64,000 bases of DNA from the NCBI GenBank assembly GCA_964390495.1, contig CAYMIN010000011.1, positions 29,701-93,700 of the forward strand, given 5' to 3'. Made by a program: the position numbers and the translations under genes. Every line of letters starts with the position of its first letter. Within the stretch, counting starts at the first letter, position 1. Shown here in pieces: positions 17,343-26,167 of this stretch. This stretch comes from an uncultured Armatimonadia bacterium. Its GTDB lineage: Bacteria > Armatimonadota > Zipacnadia > Zipacnadales > UBA11051. Below the pieces are notes generated by a model, which was not told the origin of the DNA, searched no databases, and was given only the letters and a program-made list of their open reading frames with translations.

Positions 17343-18371
17343 ATGGCGGACAAGATCGGTGTCGGGATCCATGGGGCCGGCTGGGTGGCCGGCGAGCATC
17401 TGAATGCTTACATGGCCAATCCGCATTGTGAGGTGGTCGCGGTATCCTCGCGCAAGGAGGAGTCAGCGCGGGCGGCGGCCGAAAAATGCGGCGCGCCGGA
17501 TGCCGCCATCTATACCGACTACGAGAAGTTCCTTGCAGACGAGCGGCTGCAGCTTATCTCCATCTGCACTCCCAGCCACTTGCATGTTGAGGAGGGCGTT
17601 GCCGCGGCCCAGGCCGGCAAGCATTTCATCATGGAGAAGCCGATGGCCCTGGACGTGGCAGGGGTTTACGCCTTGCGCGACGCCGTCAGAGCCGCCGGCG
17701 TCAAGACCGTGGTCAGCTTCGTGCTGCACTGGTGTCCCTCGCTGATCAATGCCAAGAAGCTGATCGAGGCTAAGGCCATCGGCAAGATCTTCTACGTCGA
17801 GACCGACTACTGGCACGGCGTGGACGACTGGTACAGCGGCTGGGAGTGGGCGATCACCAAGCAGAGCGGCGGCTCCAGCTTCCTCTTCGGCGGCGTTCAT
17901 GCGGTGGATGCGGCGCGCTGGCTGACCGGCCTCGACATCGTGGAGGTCGCGGCCTTCGGCGGCGGCTGGGACCGGCGCTACGAGTACCCGGCCACCTGTG
18001 TCGGCATCGTCAAGTACTCCAACGGCGCTATCGGCAAGATCTCCAGTTCCGTGGACCTGATCTCGCCTTACCAGTTCAATATTGACATCCTCGGCGACGA
18101 GGGCTCGATCCGCGACAACAAGCTCTGGTCGCGCACGCTGCAACCTAAGGCCAGCGACTGGACCGTGACTCCGGCGATTCTGCCCGACAGCGGCGATGTC
18201 GAACACCATCCCTTCGAGGGCGAGATTGACCACATGGTTGACTGCGTGCTCAACGATGTCGAATCCGATGTCAACATCGAGGACGCCGTCAATACGCATG
18301 AGACTTGCTTGGCGATGGACCTGTCCATCGAGCAGGAGGGGGCCACGGTCAAGCTGCCGCTGGCGGATTGA
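17343..18371 (+). CDS. Gfo/Idh/MocA family oxidoreductase
   Basis: GIHGAGWVA, ISICTPSHLH, FIMEKPMA, GGVHAVD. Confidence 0.92.
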   Translation: MADKIGVGIHGAGWVAGEHLNAYMANPHCEVVAVSSRKEESARAAAEKCGAPDAAIYTDYEKFLADERLQLISICTPSHLHVEEGVAAAQAGKHFIMEKPMALDVAGVYALRDAVRAAGVKTVVSFVLHWCPSLINAKKLIEAKAIGKIFYVETDYWHGVDDWYSGWEWAITKQSGGSSFLFGGVHAVDAARWLTGLDIVEVAAFGGGWDRRYEYPATCVGIVKYSNGAIGKISSSVDLISPYQFNIDILGDEGSIRDNKLWSRTLQPKASDWTVTPAILPDSGDVEHHPFEGEIDHMVDCVLNDVESDVNIEDAVNTHETCLAMDLSIEQEGATVKLPLAD

Positions 18372-18436
18372 GCGCCCCGAGCGCCGGCAATTTCAGCAGA
18401 ACCTAACACACGCTGTGGACTAAGGAGGCAAATCCA

Positions 18437-18823
18437 TTGGTAACAAGTGGCACAGGATATGAAGCTCAGACTCCGGAGGCTTCCGGAGGCGGCGTGTTGG
18501 CGCAGTTGCGGGCAAGTAACCCCGACATCACCGGCGCGGCGCTGGTAACCGAGGATGGCTTTCCTGTGGAAAGCGACACCGGCCCCGAAATAGATGAGGA
18601 GAGCCTGGCGGCGTTGGCTGCTGACTTGTTGGCTCGCGCCTCGCGCAGTAGCGAGGAGTTCGGCAATGGCCGGCTCGATGAGTTGTATGCTCGCGGCGAT
18701 GAGGGCTATCTGATTGTGGTGCGCGCCGGGACCGACCAGGTGCTTGCCTGTTTGGCCGCCGCGCAGGCGACTGTGGGGCTGCTGCTCCGCGACGTGAGAC
18801 AGGCTGCGGCCGAGTTGGCATGA
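18437..18823 (+). CDS. Roadblock/LC7 (MglB-like) domain protein
   Basis: ITGAALVTEDGFPV...LAALAADLL...LDELYARGDEGYLIVVRAG...VGLLL pattern; AAGGAGG RBS before the TTG start. Confidence 0.85.
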   Translation: MVTSGTGYEAQTPEASGGGVLAQLRASNPDITGAALVTEDGFPVESDTGPEIDEESLAALAADLLARASRSSEEFGNGRLDELYARGDEGYLIVVRAGTDQVLACLAAAQATVGLLLRDVRQAAAELA

Positions 18824-18863
18824 CAAATGCTTGCGGCCCCGGCGCTTGCGGGCGCTGCGATGC

Positions 18864-18892
18864 TTGACACTGCGGCGTTTCTAGGCTAACCT
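18864..18892 (+). promoter_or_regulatory. sigma70 promoter of the infC-rpmI-rplT operon
   Basis: TTGACA-N17-TAACCT. Confidence 0.7.
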
Positions 18893-18970
18893 TCATCATG
18901 CTGGGGCGCTCTGCATGGGTGCAGAGGCGACGCCGTACCAGTATCTGACACAGTCTTGAGGTGATATGAG

Positions 18971-19546
18971 ATAGCGCAAAAAAGAGGCTATCGTGTGAAT
19001 GACCGGATCCGCGCCCCCAAGGTGCGTCTCATTGATGGAGACGGCAAGCAGCTTGGGATCATGGATATCGCGGCGGCGCGCGCAGCGGCTGAGGCAGCCG
19101 GACTTGACCTGATTGAGGTGGCTCCCGACGGCGACCCGCCGGTGTGCCGCCTGCTGGACTGGGGCCGCTTCCGCTACCAGCAGAAGAAAAAAGCCAAGGA
19201 GTCGCAGAAAAAAGCCAAGCAAGTCGAGACCAAGAACATCAGGGTCCGCCCCAACACCAGCACCCACGACATTCAGTTCAAGACCCGCAATGCGGTCAAG
19301 TTCCTGAGCAAGGGCAACAAAGTCAACTTCACCGTAATCTTTCGCGGCCCCGAGTTGCGCCACAAAGACATCGGCCGCGATCAGTTGCTCAAGATCGCCG
19401 AAGGCTGCGAGGAGTACGGAGAAATCGAGGTTCAGCCCCACATGGAGGGCCGGCGTATGCTCATGCTGATGGCCCCCAAGGCCGGCGGAGCTTCGGGCAC
19501 TTCGAAGAATTCAGACCAGCAACCGGAATCATCAGATAGGAGTTAG
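18971..19546 (+). CDS. infC: Translation initiation factor IF-3, probable ATA start
   Basis: NDRIRAPKVRLI, PPVCRLLDWGRFRYQ, GNKVNFTVIFRGPE. GAGGTG lies 7 nt before the in-frame ATA (18971); an in-frame TGA at 18962-18964 limits upstream extension. Confidence 0.95.
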   Translation: MAQKRGYRVNDRIRAPKVRLIDGDGKQLGIMDIAAARAAAEAAGLDLIEVAPDGDPPVCRLLDWGRFRYQQKKKAKESQKKAKQVETKNIRVRPNTSTHDIQFKTRNAVKFLSKGNKVNFTVIFRGPELRHKDIGRDQLLKIAEGCEEYGEIEVQPHMEGRRMLMLMAPKAGGASGTSKNSDQQPESSDRS

Positions 19547-19548
19547 TC

Positions 19549-19749
19549 GTGGCAAAATCCAAGACCAAAAAAGCCGCCCAGAAGCGTTTCAAGATTACCG
19601 GCAGCGGCCGCGTACTGCGCGAAGGTACGCGCTTGAGCCACCTGTTGAGCAAGAAATCCAGCAAGCGCAAACGCCGCATGGCTATGCCCTCGGAAGTCAC
19701 CGGCGGCCAACGCAAGGCCGTCCGCGAACTGCTGCCGCATGACCATTAG
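19549..19749 (+). CDS. rpmI: 50S ribosomal protein L35
   Basis: KSKTKKAAQKRFKITGSG, HLLSKKSSKRKRR. Confidence 0.97.
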   Translation: MAKSKTKKAAQKRFKITGSGRVLREGTRLSHLLSKKSSKRKRRMAMPSEVTGGQRKAVRELLPHDH

Positions 19750-19896
19750 AGCCACGCACTCCCCAACGCTTCATCACCGCGTCGAGTACCCACGCCGCAG
19801 GCGTGGGTGAGGCTTTCTAGCCCGACGCCGTTGCAGCCTCGACCGGCGCAGTTGTGGTGTCATCGTGGCAGCGGGGCGAAGAGAGGAAAGATTGTT

Positions 19897-20253
19897 ATGC
19901 CGAGAGTAAAGCGCGGGCCGCTGACCCGGCGCCGCCATAAGAAGGTACTTAAGCTGGCCAAGGGTTACGTAGGTGGCAGGCATCGCTTGTTCAAGACCGC
20001 CAAAGAGAGCGTGATGCGAGCCGGCAACTACGCCTACCGCCATCGCCGACTGCGCAAGCGCGAGTTCCGCCGGCTGTGGATCGCCCGCATCAATGCCGCC
20101 GCCCGCATGCACGGGCTCAACTACAGCCGCCTGATAGGCGCTCTCAAAAAGGCCGATATTCAGCTCAACCGCAAGATGCTGGCCGAAATGGCCGTCTCCG
20201 ACCCGGAAGCCTTCAAGCTGCTGCTGACGCAGGCCGACCTACTGCCCGGCTAG
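19897..20253 (+). CDS. rplT: 50S ribosomal protein L20
   Basis: MPRVKRG...LAKGY...[12 protein letters not shown]...[10 protein letters not shown]. Confidence 0.97.
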   Translation: MPRVKRGPLTRRRHKKVLKLAKGYVGGRHRLFKTAKESVMRAGNYAYRHRRLRKREFRRLWIARINAAARMHGLNYSRLIGALKKADIQLNRKMLAEMAVSDPEAFKLLLTQADLLPG

Positions 20254-20307
20254 GTTGCTGATAGCACACAGGGCAGCCACCCTCGCCGGCGGAGAGCCTT
20301 CCCAGCT

Positions 20308-21102
20308 ATGCCGATAATTGACAGCCCGCAGAATCAGCGGGTCAAGCTATACCGGTCACTGCTCTCCAAGCCGGGACGACACCAGGCCGGACTCTGCCCG
20401 CTGGAGGGAGTCCGGTTGATTGATTCGGCGCTGCAAAACGGCGCCGAGTTCCAGACCGTCTATACCTGCCCCGAGCTGCTCACCGACCGGCGCGGCCAAG
20501 ACCTTGTGGAGCAGATCCGTGAGCGGGGCATCACCGTCCTGCAACTATCCGCTCGCGCCTTCTGCAGCATGACCGACACCCAGCACCCTCAGGGCCTGGC
20601 CGCGACTGCGCCGATGCAAGACCACAGCCTCGAGAGCCTGGGCCGCCCCGGGCCGGCGATCTATTTGTGGCTCTATGAGGTACGCGAGCCGGGCAATCTC
20701 GGCACCATCTGCCGCACCGCCGCGGCCTTCGAAGTTACGGGCATGGTACTGCTGGACAACTGCGCCGATCTTTACAATCCCAAGGCCCTGCGGGCCTCCA
20801 GCGGCGCTGTGTTCGCCGTGCCCGCCGCCCCAGCCACCTGGGCTGAGGCGATGACATGGGTTGACCGGCAGCATATCCACACCGTAGCCGCCGCCCTTTC
20901 AGCCGATACGCCGTGCCACCAGGCCGACTATCCCGACCGCGTGGCTTTGATCATCGGCTCCGAGGCCCACGGCCTTGCCGAGCATGTATTGACATCAGCC
21001 GAACTGCAGGTTAAGATACCGATGTCGGACCAAGTCGAGAGCTTGAATGCCGGAGTCGCCGCCGGCATTCTCTTGTACGAGATAAACAGACAAAGGTATT
21101 GA
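20308..21102 (+). CDS. TrmH/SpoU family RNA 2'-O-methyltransferase
   Basis: EPGNLGTICRTA, IIGSEAHGL, VESLNAGVA. Confidence 0.92.
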   Translation: MPIIDSPQNQRVKLYRSLLSKPGRHQAGLCPLEGVRLIDSALQNGAEFQTVYTCPELLTDRRGQDLVEQIRERGITVLQLSARAFCSMTDTQHPQGLAATAPMQDHSLESLGRPGPAIYLWLYEVREPGNLGTICRTAAAFEVTGMVLLDNCADLYNPKALRASSGAVFAVPAAPATWAEAMTWVDRQHIHTVAAALSADTPCHQADYPDRVALIIGSEAHGLAEHVLTSAELQVKIPMSDQVESLNAGVAAGILLYEINRQRY

Positions 21103-21103
21103 C

Positions 21104-21375
21104 GGAGAGGAGTAGGCGCCAGAGGGCCGCTACGGGCTCTCGCAAAGCGTGCGGGTTACAGAGAGAAGGGGCCATAGGCTGCAAGCTCCTTCACCTGCCG
21201 CCGGTGCCGAAGTTCGCTCCCGAACCGCGCGCTGAAGCGAATGCCACCTAGAGGTGGTACCAGTGTGTAGGCAGCGACGGCCAGTCCCACCGTTACCCGG
21301 GGCCCCGCCTGTTAGGGTGGTTTGCGGAAACCTCCGGTTTTCGTCCCTACGACGAGACGGGGGGTTTTCTGTTTC
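21104..21375 (+). promoter_or_regulatory. T-box riboswitch with Phe (UUC) specifier and intrinsic terminator, upstream of pheS
   Basis: Stem I GGAGAGGAGTAG...AGAGAG...GGCTGCAA...GAAG-TTC-GCTCC (TTC at 21213-21215); CCGTTA box at 21290; antiterminator AGGG-TGGTTT-GCGGAAACC/GGTTTTCGT-CCCT; overlapping terminator ending GGGGGGTTTTCTGTTT. Confidence 0.85.
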
Positions 21376-21462
21376 TAGGCAAAGGCTCACAGCAGCAACC
21401 TGAGCAGAGCAGGGGCACAGTTCATTGCGTCGAATCAGCCCCGCTACCAGGAGGCACTAGCT

Positions 21463-22488
21463 ATGGAACTCGACGATCTGCTCAAAGAGGTCCAGCAGGA
21501 AGCCGAAGCGGCTATGCTCGCCGCCGAGGACTTCGACACGCTCGAAGAGCTGCGGGTCAAGTACCTGGGGAGAAACGGCCTGTTGCGGCAGCAGTACAAG
21601 CGGATCGGCTCCCTGCCGGAGGCGGACCGGCCGCTCGCCGGCCAGGCCCTCAATAGGCTCAACAATACCCTCCAGAAGCTGTTCGAGGGCCGCCGGCAGG
21701 CGCTTTCCGAGCAGGCCGAGCAGCAGAGGCTGCAGGCCGAGGCGATTGATGTCACCTTGCCGGGCCGCGCGCCCCGCATCGGCCACCAGCACCCGCTGCT
21801 GGCTACCCTCGACGACATGATCGAGATCTTCCTCGGCCTCGGCTTCGTAGTCGCCGAAGGGCCGGAGGTCGAGGACTATTACCACAGCTTCGCGGCGCTC
21901 AATTACCCGGAGTACCATCCCGCCATGGACGAGCAGGACACCTTCTACATCAGCGATCAGGTGCTGCTCCGCAGCCAGACCTCCACGGTGCAGATCCGCG
22001 CCATGGAGCAGCAGGAGCCGCCGGTGAGGCTGATCGCCCCGGGCCGCTGCTACCGCCGCGATACCGTGGATGCGACTCACTGCCACACCTTCTATCAGCT
22101 CGAGGGCCTGCTGGTAGATGAGGGGATTACCTTCGCCGACCTCAAGGGCACGCTGGCGGTCTTCGCCCGCAGCATGTACGGAGAGCGCTGCCAGGTGCGT
22201 TTCCGGCCCGATTTCTTCCCCTTCACCGAACCCAGTGCCGAGATCGCCCTGACCTGCACGCTGTGCGGGGGCCAGGGGTGCCGCATCTGCTCGGGCACCG
22301 GCTACCTGGAAGTCGGCGGCAGCGGTCAAGTGGACCCCAACGTGCTGGCCGCGGTCGGCTATGATACCGAGAGATACACCGGCTATGCCTTCGGTGTCGG
22401 TGTCGAGCGCTTTGCGATGCTGCGCCACGGCATTGATGACATCCGTCTCTTCTACAGCGGCGACATGCGCTTCCTGGAGCAGTTCTGA
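21463..22488 (+). CDS. pheS: Phenylalanine--tRNA ligase alpha subunit
   Basis: HPAMDEQDTFY, LLRSQTS, YRRD, FYQLEGL, FRPDFFPFTEPS, GFGVERFAM-like motif (AFGVGVERFAML). Confidence 0.98.
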   Translation: MELDDLLKEVQQEAEAAMLAAEDFDTLEELRVKYLGRNGLLRQQYKRIGSLPEADRPLAGQALNRLNNTLQKLFEGRRQALSEQAEQQRLQAEAIDVTLPGRAPRIGHQHPLLATLDDMIEIFLGLGFVVAEGPEVEDYYHSFAALNYPEYHPAMDEQDTFYISDQVLLRSQTSTVQIRAMEQQEPPVRLIAPGRCYRRDTVDATHCHTFYQLEGLLVDEGITFADLKGTLAVFARSMYGERCQVRFRPDFFPFTEPSAEIALTCTLCGGQGCRICSGTGYLEVGGSGQVDPNVLAAVGYDTERYTGYAFGVGVERFAMLRHGIDDIRLFYSGDMRFLEQF

Positions 22489-22531
22489 ACGAAACTGTCT
22501 GCGGCCCCGGCGTTCCCACAGGAGGGTCAGA

Positions 22532-24652
22532 ATGCGAGTTCCCTATAGCTGGTTGACCGAGTACCTGAAAGCCGACCTGGAGCCTCAGGAGCTTGCCCAC
22601 GTCCTGACGATGGGCGGACTTGAGGTCGAGGAGATCATAGATTTCCGCTCCGAAGACGGAGACTTCACGGACACGGTGCTGGTCACTTCGGTCACCTCCA
22701 ACCGTGGCGACCTGCTATCCATGACCGGCACCGCGCGCCATGCTGCGGCGCTGCTGGACGCTGAGTGGACGATGCCGGAGATTGACATGGGCCTGCTGGG
22801 CGAGCCGGTAACCGGCGCCACCCAGGCGGCCAATGAGCAGATGCGCATCGAGCTGGCTAATCCCCAGGCCTGCCCGCGGTATTCGGGACTGGTGATGGAC
22901 GCGCTTACGGTCGCCGAGAGTCCTGACTGGCTGGCCTACCGGCTGGAGGCGGCGGGAATGCGCCCGATTGCCAATCTGGTGGATTGCACCAACTATGTGC
23001 TGCTGGAGTTGGGCCAGCCGCTGCACGGCTTCGACTACAGCCTGCTGCAGGACGGCCATATCATCGTTCGCTCCGCCACCGCGGGCGAGCAGATTCTGAC
23101 GCTTGACCAGCAGTGGCGCACTCTCGGCGAGCAGGACCTGCTAATCGCCGATGCGACCGGGCCGGCAGCGATCGCCGGCGTCATGGGCGGCGCCGACACC
23201 GAGATGACCTGGGAGACGACCAAGGTGCTGCTCGAAAGCGCCCACTTCGATGCCACTACCGTGCGCAAGACCTCGCTGCGCATCGGCTTGAGCAGCGAGG
23301 CCAGCTACCGCTTCGAGCGGATCGTTGATCCCCGGGGCACACTCAGAGCCTTGGCTCGTGTGGCCGGCCTGCTGCTGGAGACCGCCGGCGGCACCATCGT
23401 CGGGGAGGCGGTGGACGTATGCGCGGCTGATCTGACGCCGCTGCGGGTGCCGCTGCGGGTCGAGAAGTGCAACCAGGTGCTGGGGACCGAGATTCCCGCC
23501 GGGCGGATGCAGGAGCATCTCACCGCCCTCGGCTTCGAGGTGGAAGCAGATGGGCCGGGCAAGTTCCAGGTCACAGTGCCCAGCTTCCGCCCGGATGTCG
23601 AGCGCGAGATAGACCTGGTCGAGGAGGTCGCCATCGTCCACGGCTACGACAATATCCCCAGCACGGTGCCGGGCAAGCTGACCCAGAGCGGGCAGTTGAC
23701 GCCTCTCCAGAAGCTGGAGCGCCGCGCCCGTCAGGTTCTGCGCGCCGCCAGCCTCAATGAGACCATCGCGTACTCCATGATCTCGCACCGCGACCTCGAC
23801 CGCATGGGCTATCCCGACGACGCGCCCGAGCGTGAGATGCTGCCGCTGGCCAACCCCGTCAGCCAGGATGAGACTCACATGCGCACTACGCTGCTGCCCA
23901 GCCTGCTGGCCGCCGCCGAACACAATCAGCGCCAGCGCGTCGCCTCGGTGCGGCTGTTCGAGATCGCCAACGTGTTTTTGCCACGCGGCGAGGACGAGCT
24001 GCCCGCAGAGCGGCTGCATGTCGCCGGCCTGCTCATGGGACCGTACTGGTCGAGCACCTGGAACCTTGCCGAGGACATCCAAGGCGCGGACTTCTATGTG
24101 ATGAAGGGCATCGTCGAGCAGCTTATCACGGCGCTGGGTGTCGCGGGCGTAACCTATCAGGCGGCCGAGCATCCCAGCCTGCACCCCGGCCAGGGCGCTG
24201 CGGTGATGCTGGACGGCAAGTCAATCGGCGTCATCGGTAAGCTGCGCCGCCAGGTGCAGGCCGAGTACGACCTCGACCAGGAGGCCTATCTCTTTGAGTT
24301 GGAGATGCAGACGCTGATGGCGCAAGCCCGTCAGTACACGGAGTATCAGCATCTGGCGCGTTTCCCGGCGGCGCTGCGCGACATCGCAGTAGTCGTGGAC
24401 GATACGCCCGCAAACAGCACTGAGGCGCTTTATAGAACCATCCGGGGCGCCGGCGCCAAGCACCTGAGTGAGGTTGAGCTGTTCGACGTGTATGAGAACG
24501 CGGAGGTGCTGGGCCCGGGCAGGAAGCAGTTGGCCTTCCATCTCAGCTTCCGTACGCCCGAGGGCACGCTGACCGATGAGCAGGTGGATCAACTGGTCGC
24601 CGAGATTGTGTCTCACCTGCGGAAGAAGCTCGGCGCCGAACTGAGAAGTTAG
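22532..24652 (+). CDS. pheT: Phenylalanine--tRNA ligase beta subunit (short form without B2 OB domain)
   Basis: MRVPYSWL, SNRGDLLS, N..VDCTNYV..ELGQPLH.FD, SYRFER, RPDVEREIDLVEEV, MRTTLLPSLL, FPAALRDIAVV. GGAGGG RBS precedes ATG 22532. Confidence 0.97.
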   Translation: MRVPYSWLTEYLKADLEPQELAHVLTMGGLEVEEIIDFRSEDGDFTDTVLVTSVTSNRGDLLSMTGTARHAAALLDAEWTMPEIDMGLLGEPVTGATQAANEQMRIELANPQACPRYSGLVMDALTVAESPDWLAYRLEAAGMRPIANLVDCTNYVLLELGQPLHGFDYSLLQDGHIIVRSATAGEQILTLDQQWRTLGEQDLLIADATGPAAIAGVMGGADTEMTWETTKVLLESAHFDATTVRKTSLRIGLSSEASYRFERIVDPRGTLRALARVAGLLLETAGGTIVGEAVDVCAADLTPLRVPLRVEKCNQVLGTEIPAGRMQEHLTALGFEVEADGPGKFQVTVPSFRPDVEREIDLVEEVAIVHGYDNIPSTVPGKLTQSGQLTPLQKLERRARQVLRAASLNETIAYSMISHRDLDRMGYPDDAPEREMLPLANPVSQDETHMRTTLLPSLLAAAEHNQRQRVASVRLFEIANVFLPRGEDELPAERLHVAGLLMGPYWSSTWNLAEDIQGADFYVMKGIVEQLITALGVAGVTYQAAEHPSLHPGQGAAVMLDGKSIGVIGKLRRQVQAEYDLDQEAYLFELEMQTLMAQARQYTEYQHLARFPAALRDIAVVVDDTPANSTEALYRTIRGAGAKHLSEVELFDVYENAEVLGPGRKQLAFHLSFRTPEGTLTDEQVDQLVAEIVSHLRKKLGAELRS

Positions 24653-24751
24653 CCTGCAAGTTTGAGGGGAGGAAATCCCCGCCGAAGCCCCCAGGGACGG
24701 CGCAATACCGCCCGGAGTGGGGCTGCCAGCACGCGAAAGGGCTGAAGCGAA

Positions 24752-26032
24752 GTGAAAGGGACTCTGATGGTGGCCATGACTATGGCTCTGCTGGGCGGCG
24801 TCGGGCAGGCGCAGCCTATCTTCGACTACGTCAGCCGGCCCGAGGACGCCTATGGGTGGGCAAAGACCGATCAAACACGCCTGGCCTCAGGCGCGATTGT
24901 GACGCACCTGGAACTGACCTCACAAGTGTGGCGGGGCCTCACCTGGCAGCATCGGCTGCAGCTAATCGAGCCGGCCGCTATGAGATACCCGCGCACCGCC
25001 CTGCTGCTGATCACCGGCGGCAGCCTCAATAGCAGCGAAATCTCGCAACTGGCGACCGCAGCAGATATGCTCTCGGCGCCGGTTGTGATTCTCGGCGACA
25101 TCCCCAATCAGCCGCTGTACGATGGTCTTAGCGAGGACGCGCTGATCGCCTTTACCTTCCAGAACTGCCTGGAAAGTGGCGACCCGACCTGGCCGCTGCT
25201 GTTCCCGATGACCAAGGCGGCAATCAAGGCGATGGATGCGGTCGAGGCATATACACAGAATGAATGGCAGGTGGGGGTGGATAGCTTCTTTGTGACCGGG
25301 GCCTCGAAACGCGGCTGGACCACTTGGTTTGTCGCCTGCGTTGCGCCGAGCCGGATCAAGGGCATCGCCCCGATGGTCTATGACAACCTCAACCTGGCGG
25401 CGCAGATGCCACATCAGCTCGCGGCGTGGGGCGACTACAGCGAACAGATTGATGATTACACCGAGTTGGGGCTGCCGGACATGTTGACTAGCAAGGAAGG
25501 TCAAGCCCTGGCCGCGATGGTGGACCCCTACACCTACCGGTCGCGGGCGACGATGCCGAAGCTGATCATCAGCGGGACCAATGACCGCTACTGGCCGGTG
25601 GATGCGGCGAACCTGTACTTCGCCGATCTGCCCGAGCCGCGTTACCTGCTGTATGTGCCTAACTGCGGCCATGGGCTGGCGGACCTGGCACGCGTGATGA
25701 TGGCGCAAACGGGCTTTTTCGCCGCCTGTACCGGTCGGGCTAAGCTGCCGAAGTTGCGGTGGGAGTCCGTTGAGGGAAGGCATCTGAAACTTCAGGTAAG
25801 CTCAGACCTCGCGCCGCTGCAGGTGCGACAGTGGACGGCGTCAGCTCCTACCCGTGATTTCCGGGAGGCCAGATGGAGCAGCAGCGACTTGAGGCCGCAT
25901 AACGGCACCTTCACCGGGCGCGTCAGGTATCCTGACAAAGGCTACAGCGCAATCTTCGCTGAGGCGGTCTATGCTATTGAGGGCCGGCCGATGCCGCTTT
26001 CGACCGGCGTTGCCGTCGTCGGGCCGCGCTGA
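24752..26032 (+). CDS. PhoPQ-activated pathogenicity-related (PqaA-like) alpha/beta hydrolase
   Basis: WQHRL, PNQPL...EDALIA, FPMTKAAIKAMD, GASKRGWTTW, DPYTY...PKLIISGTNDRYW, YVPNCGH. Confidence 0.85.
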   Translation: MKGTLMVAMTMALLGGVGQAQPIFDYVSRPEDAYGWAKTDQTRLASGAIVTHLELTSQVWRGLTWQHRLQLIEPAAMRYPRTALLLITGGSLNSSEISQLATAADMLSAPVVILGDIPNQPLYDGLSEDALIAFTFQNCLESGDPTWPLLFPMTKAAIKAMDAVEAYTQNEWQVGVDSFFVTGASKRGWTTWFVACVAPSRIKGIAPMVYDNLNLAAQMPHQLAAWGDYSEQIDDYTELGLPDMLTSKEGQALAAMVDPYTYRSRATMPKLIISGTNDRYWPVDAANLYFADLPEPRYLLYVPNCGHGLADLARVMMAQTGFFAACTGRAKLPKLRWESVEGRHLKLQVSSDLAPLQVRQWTASAPTRDFREARWSSSDLRPHNGTFTGRVRYPDKGYSAIFAEAVYAIEGRPMPLSTGVAVVGPR

Positions 26033-26167
26033 AAAGCTGTGATGGCGGGGCACTCAGCAGGAAACGGCGCGGCTGTGGCGAACCATAGTTATAGGGAAAG
26101 CAGTGGACATGCCCCGGGACGTTTCCAGGGATTAGTGGGCAGACTTCACAAGTGAGGTGATGGACAG

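Noticed and set aside
21251-21261. GAGGTGGTACC as the T-box antiterminator sequence
   Set aside because: It matches the consensus text but is sequestered in a GCCACC/GGTGGT hairpin and has no downstream complementary strand. The element at 21314-21348 has the proper pairing and overlaps the terminator.
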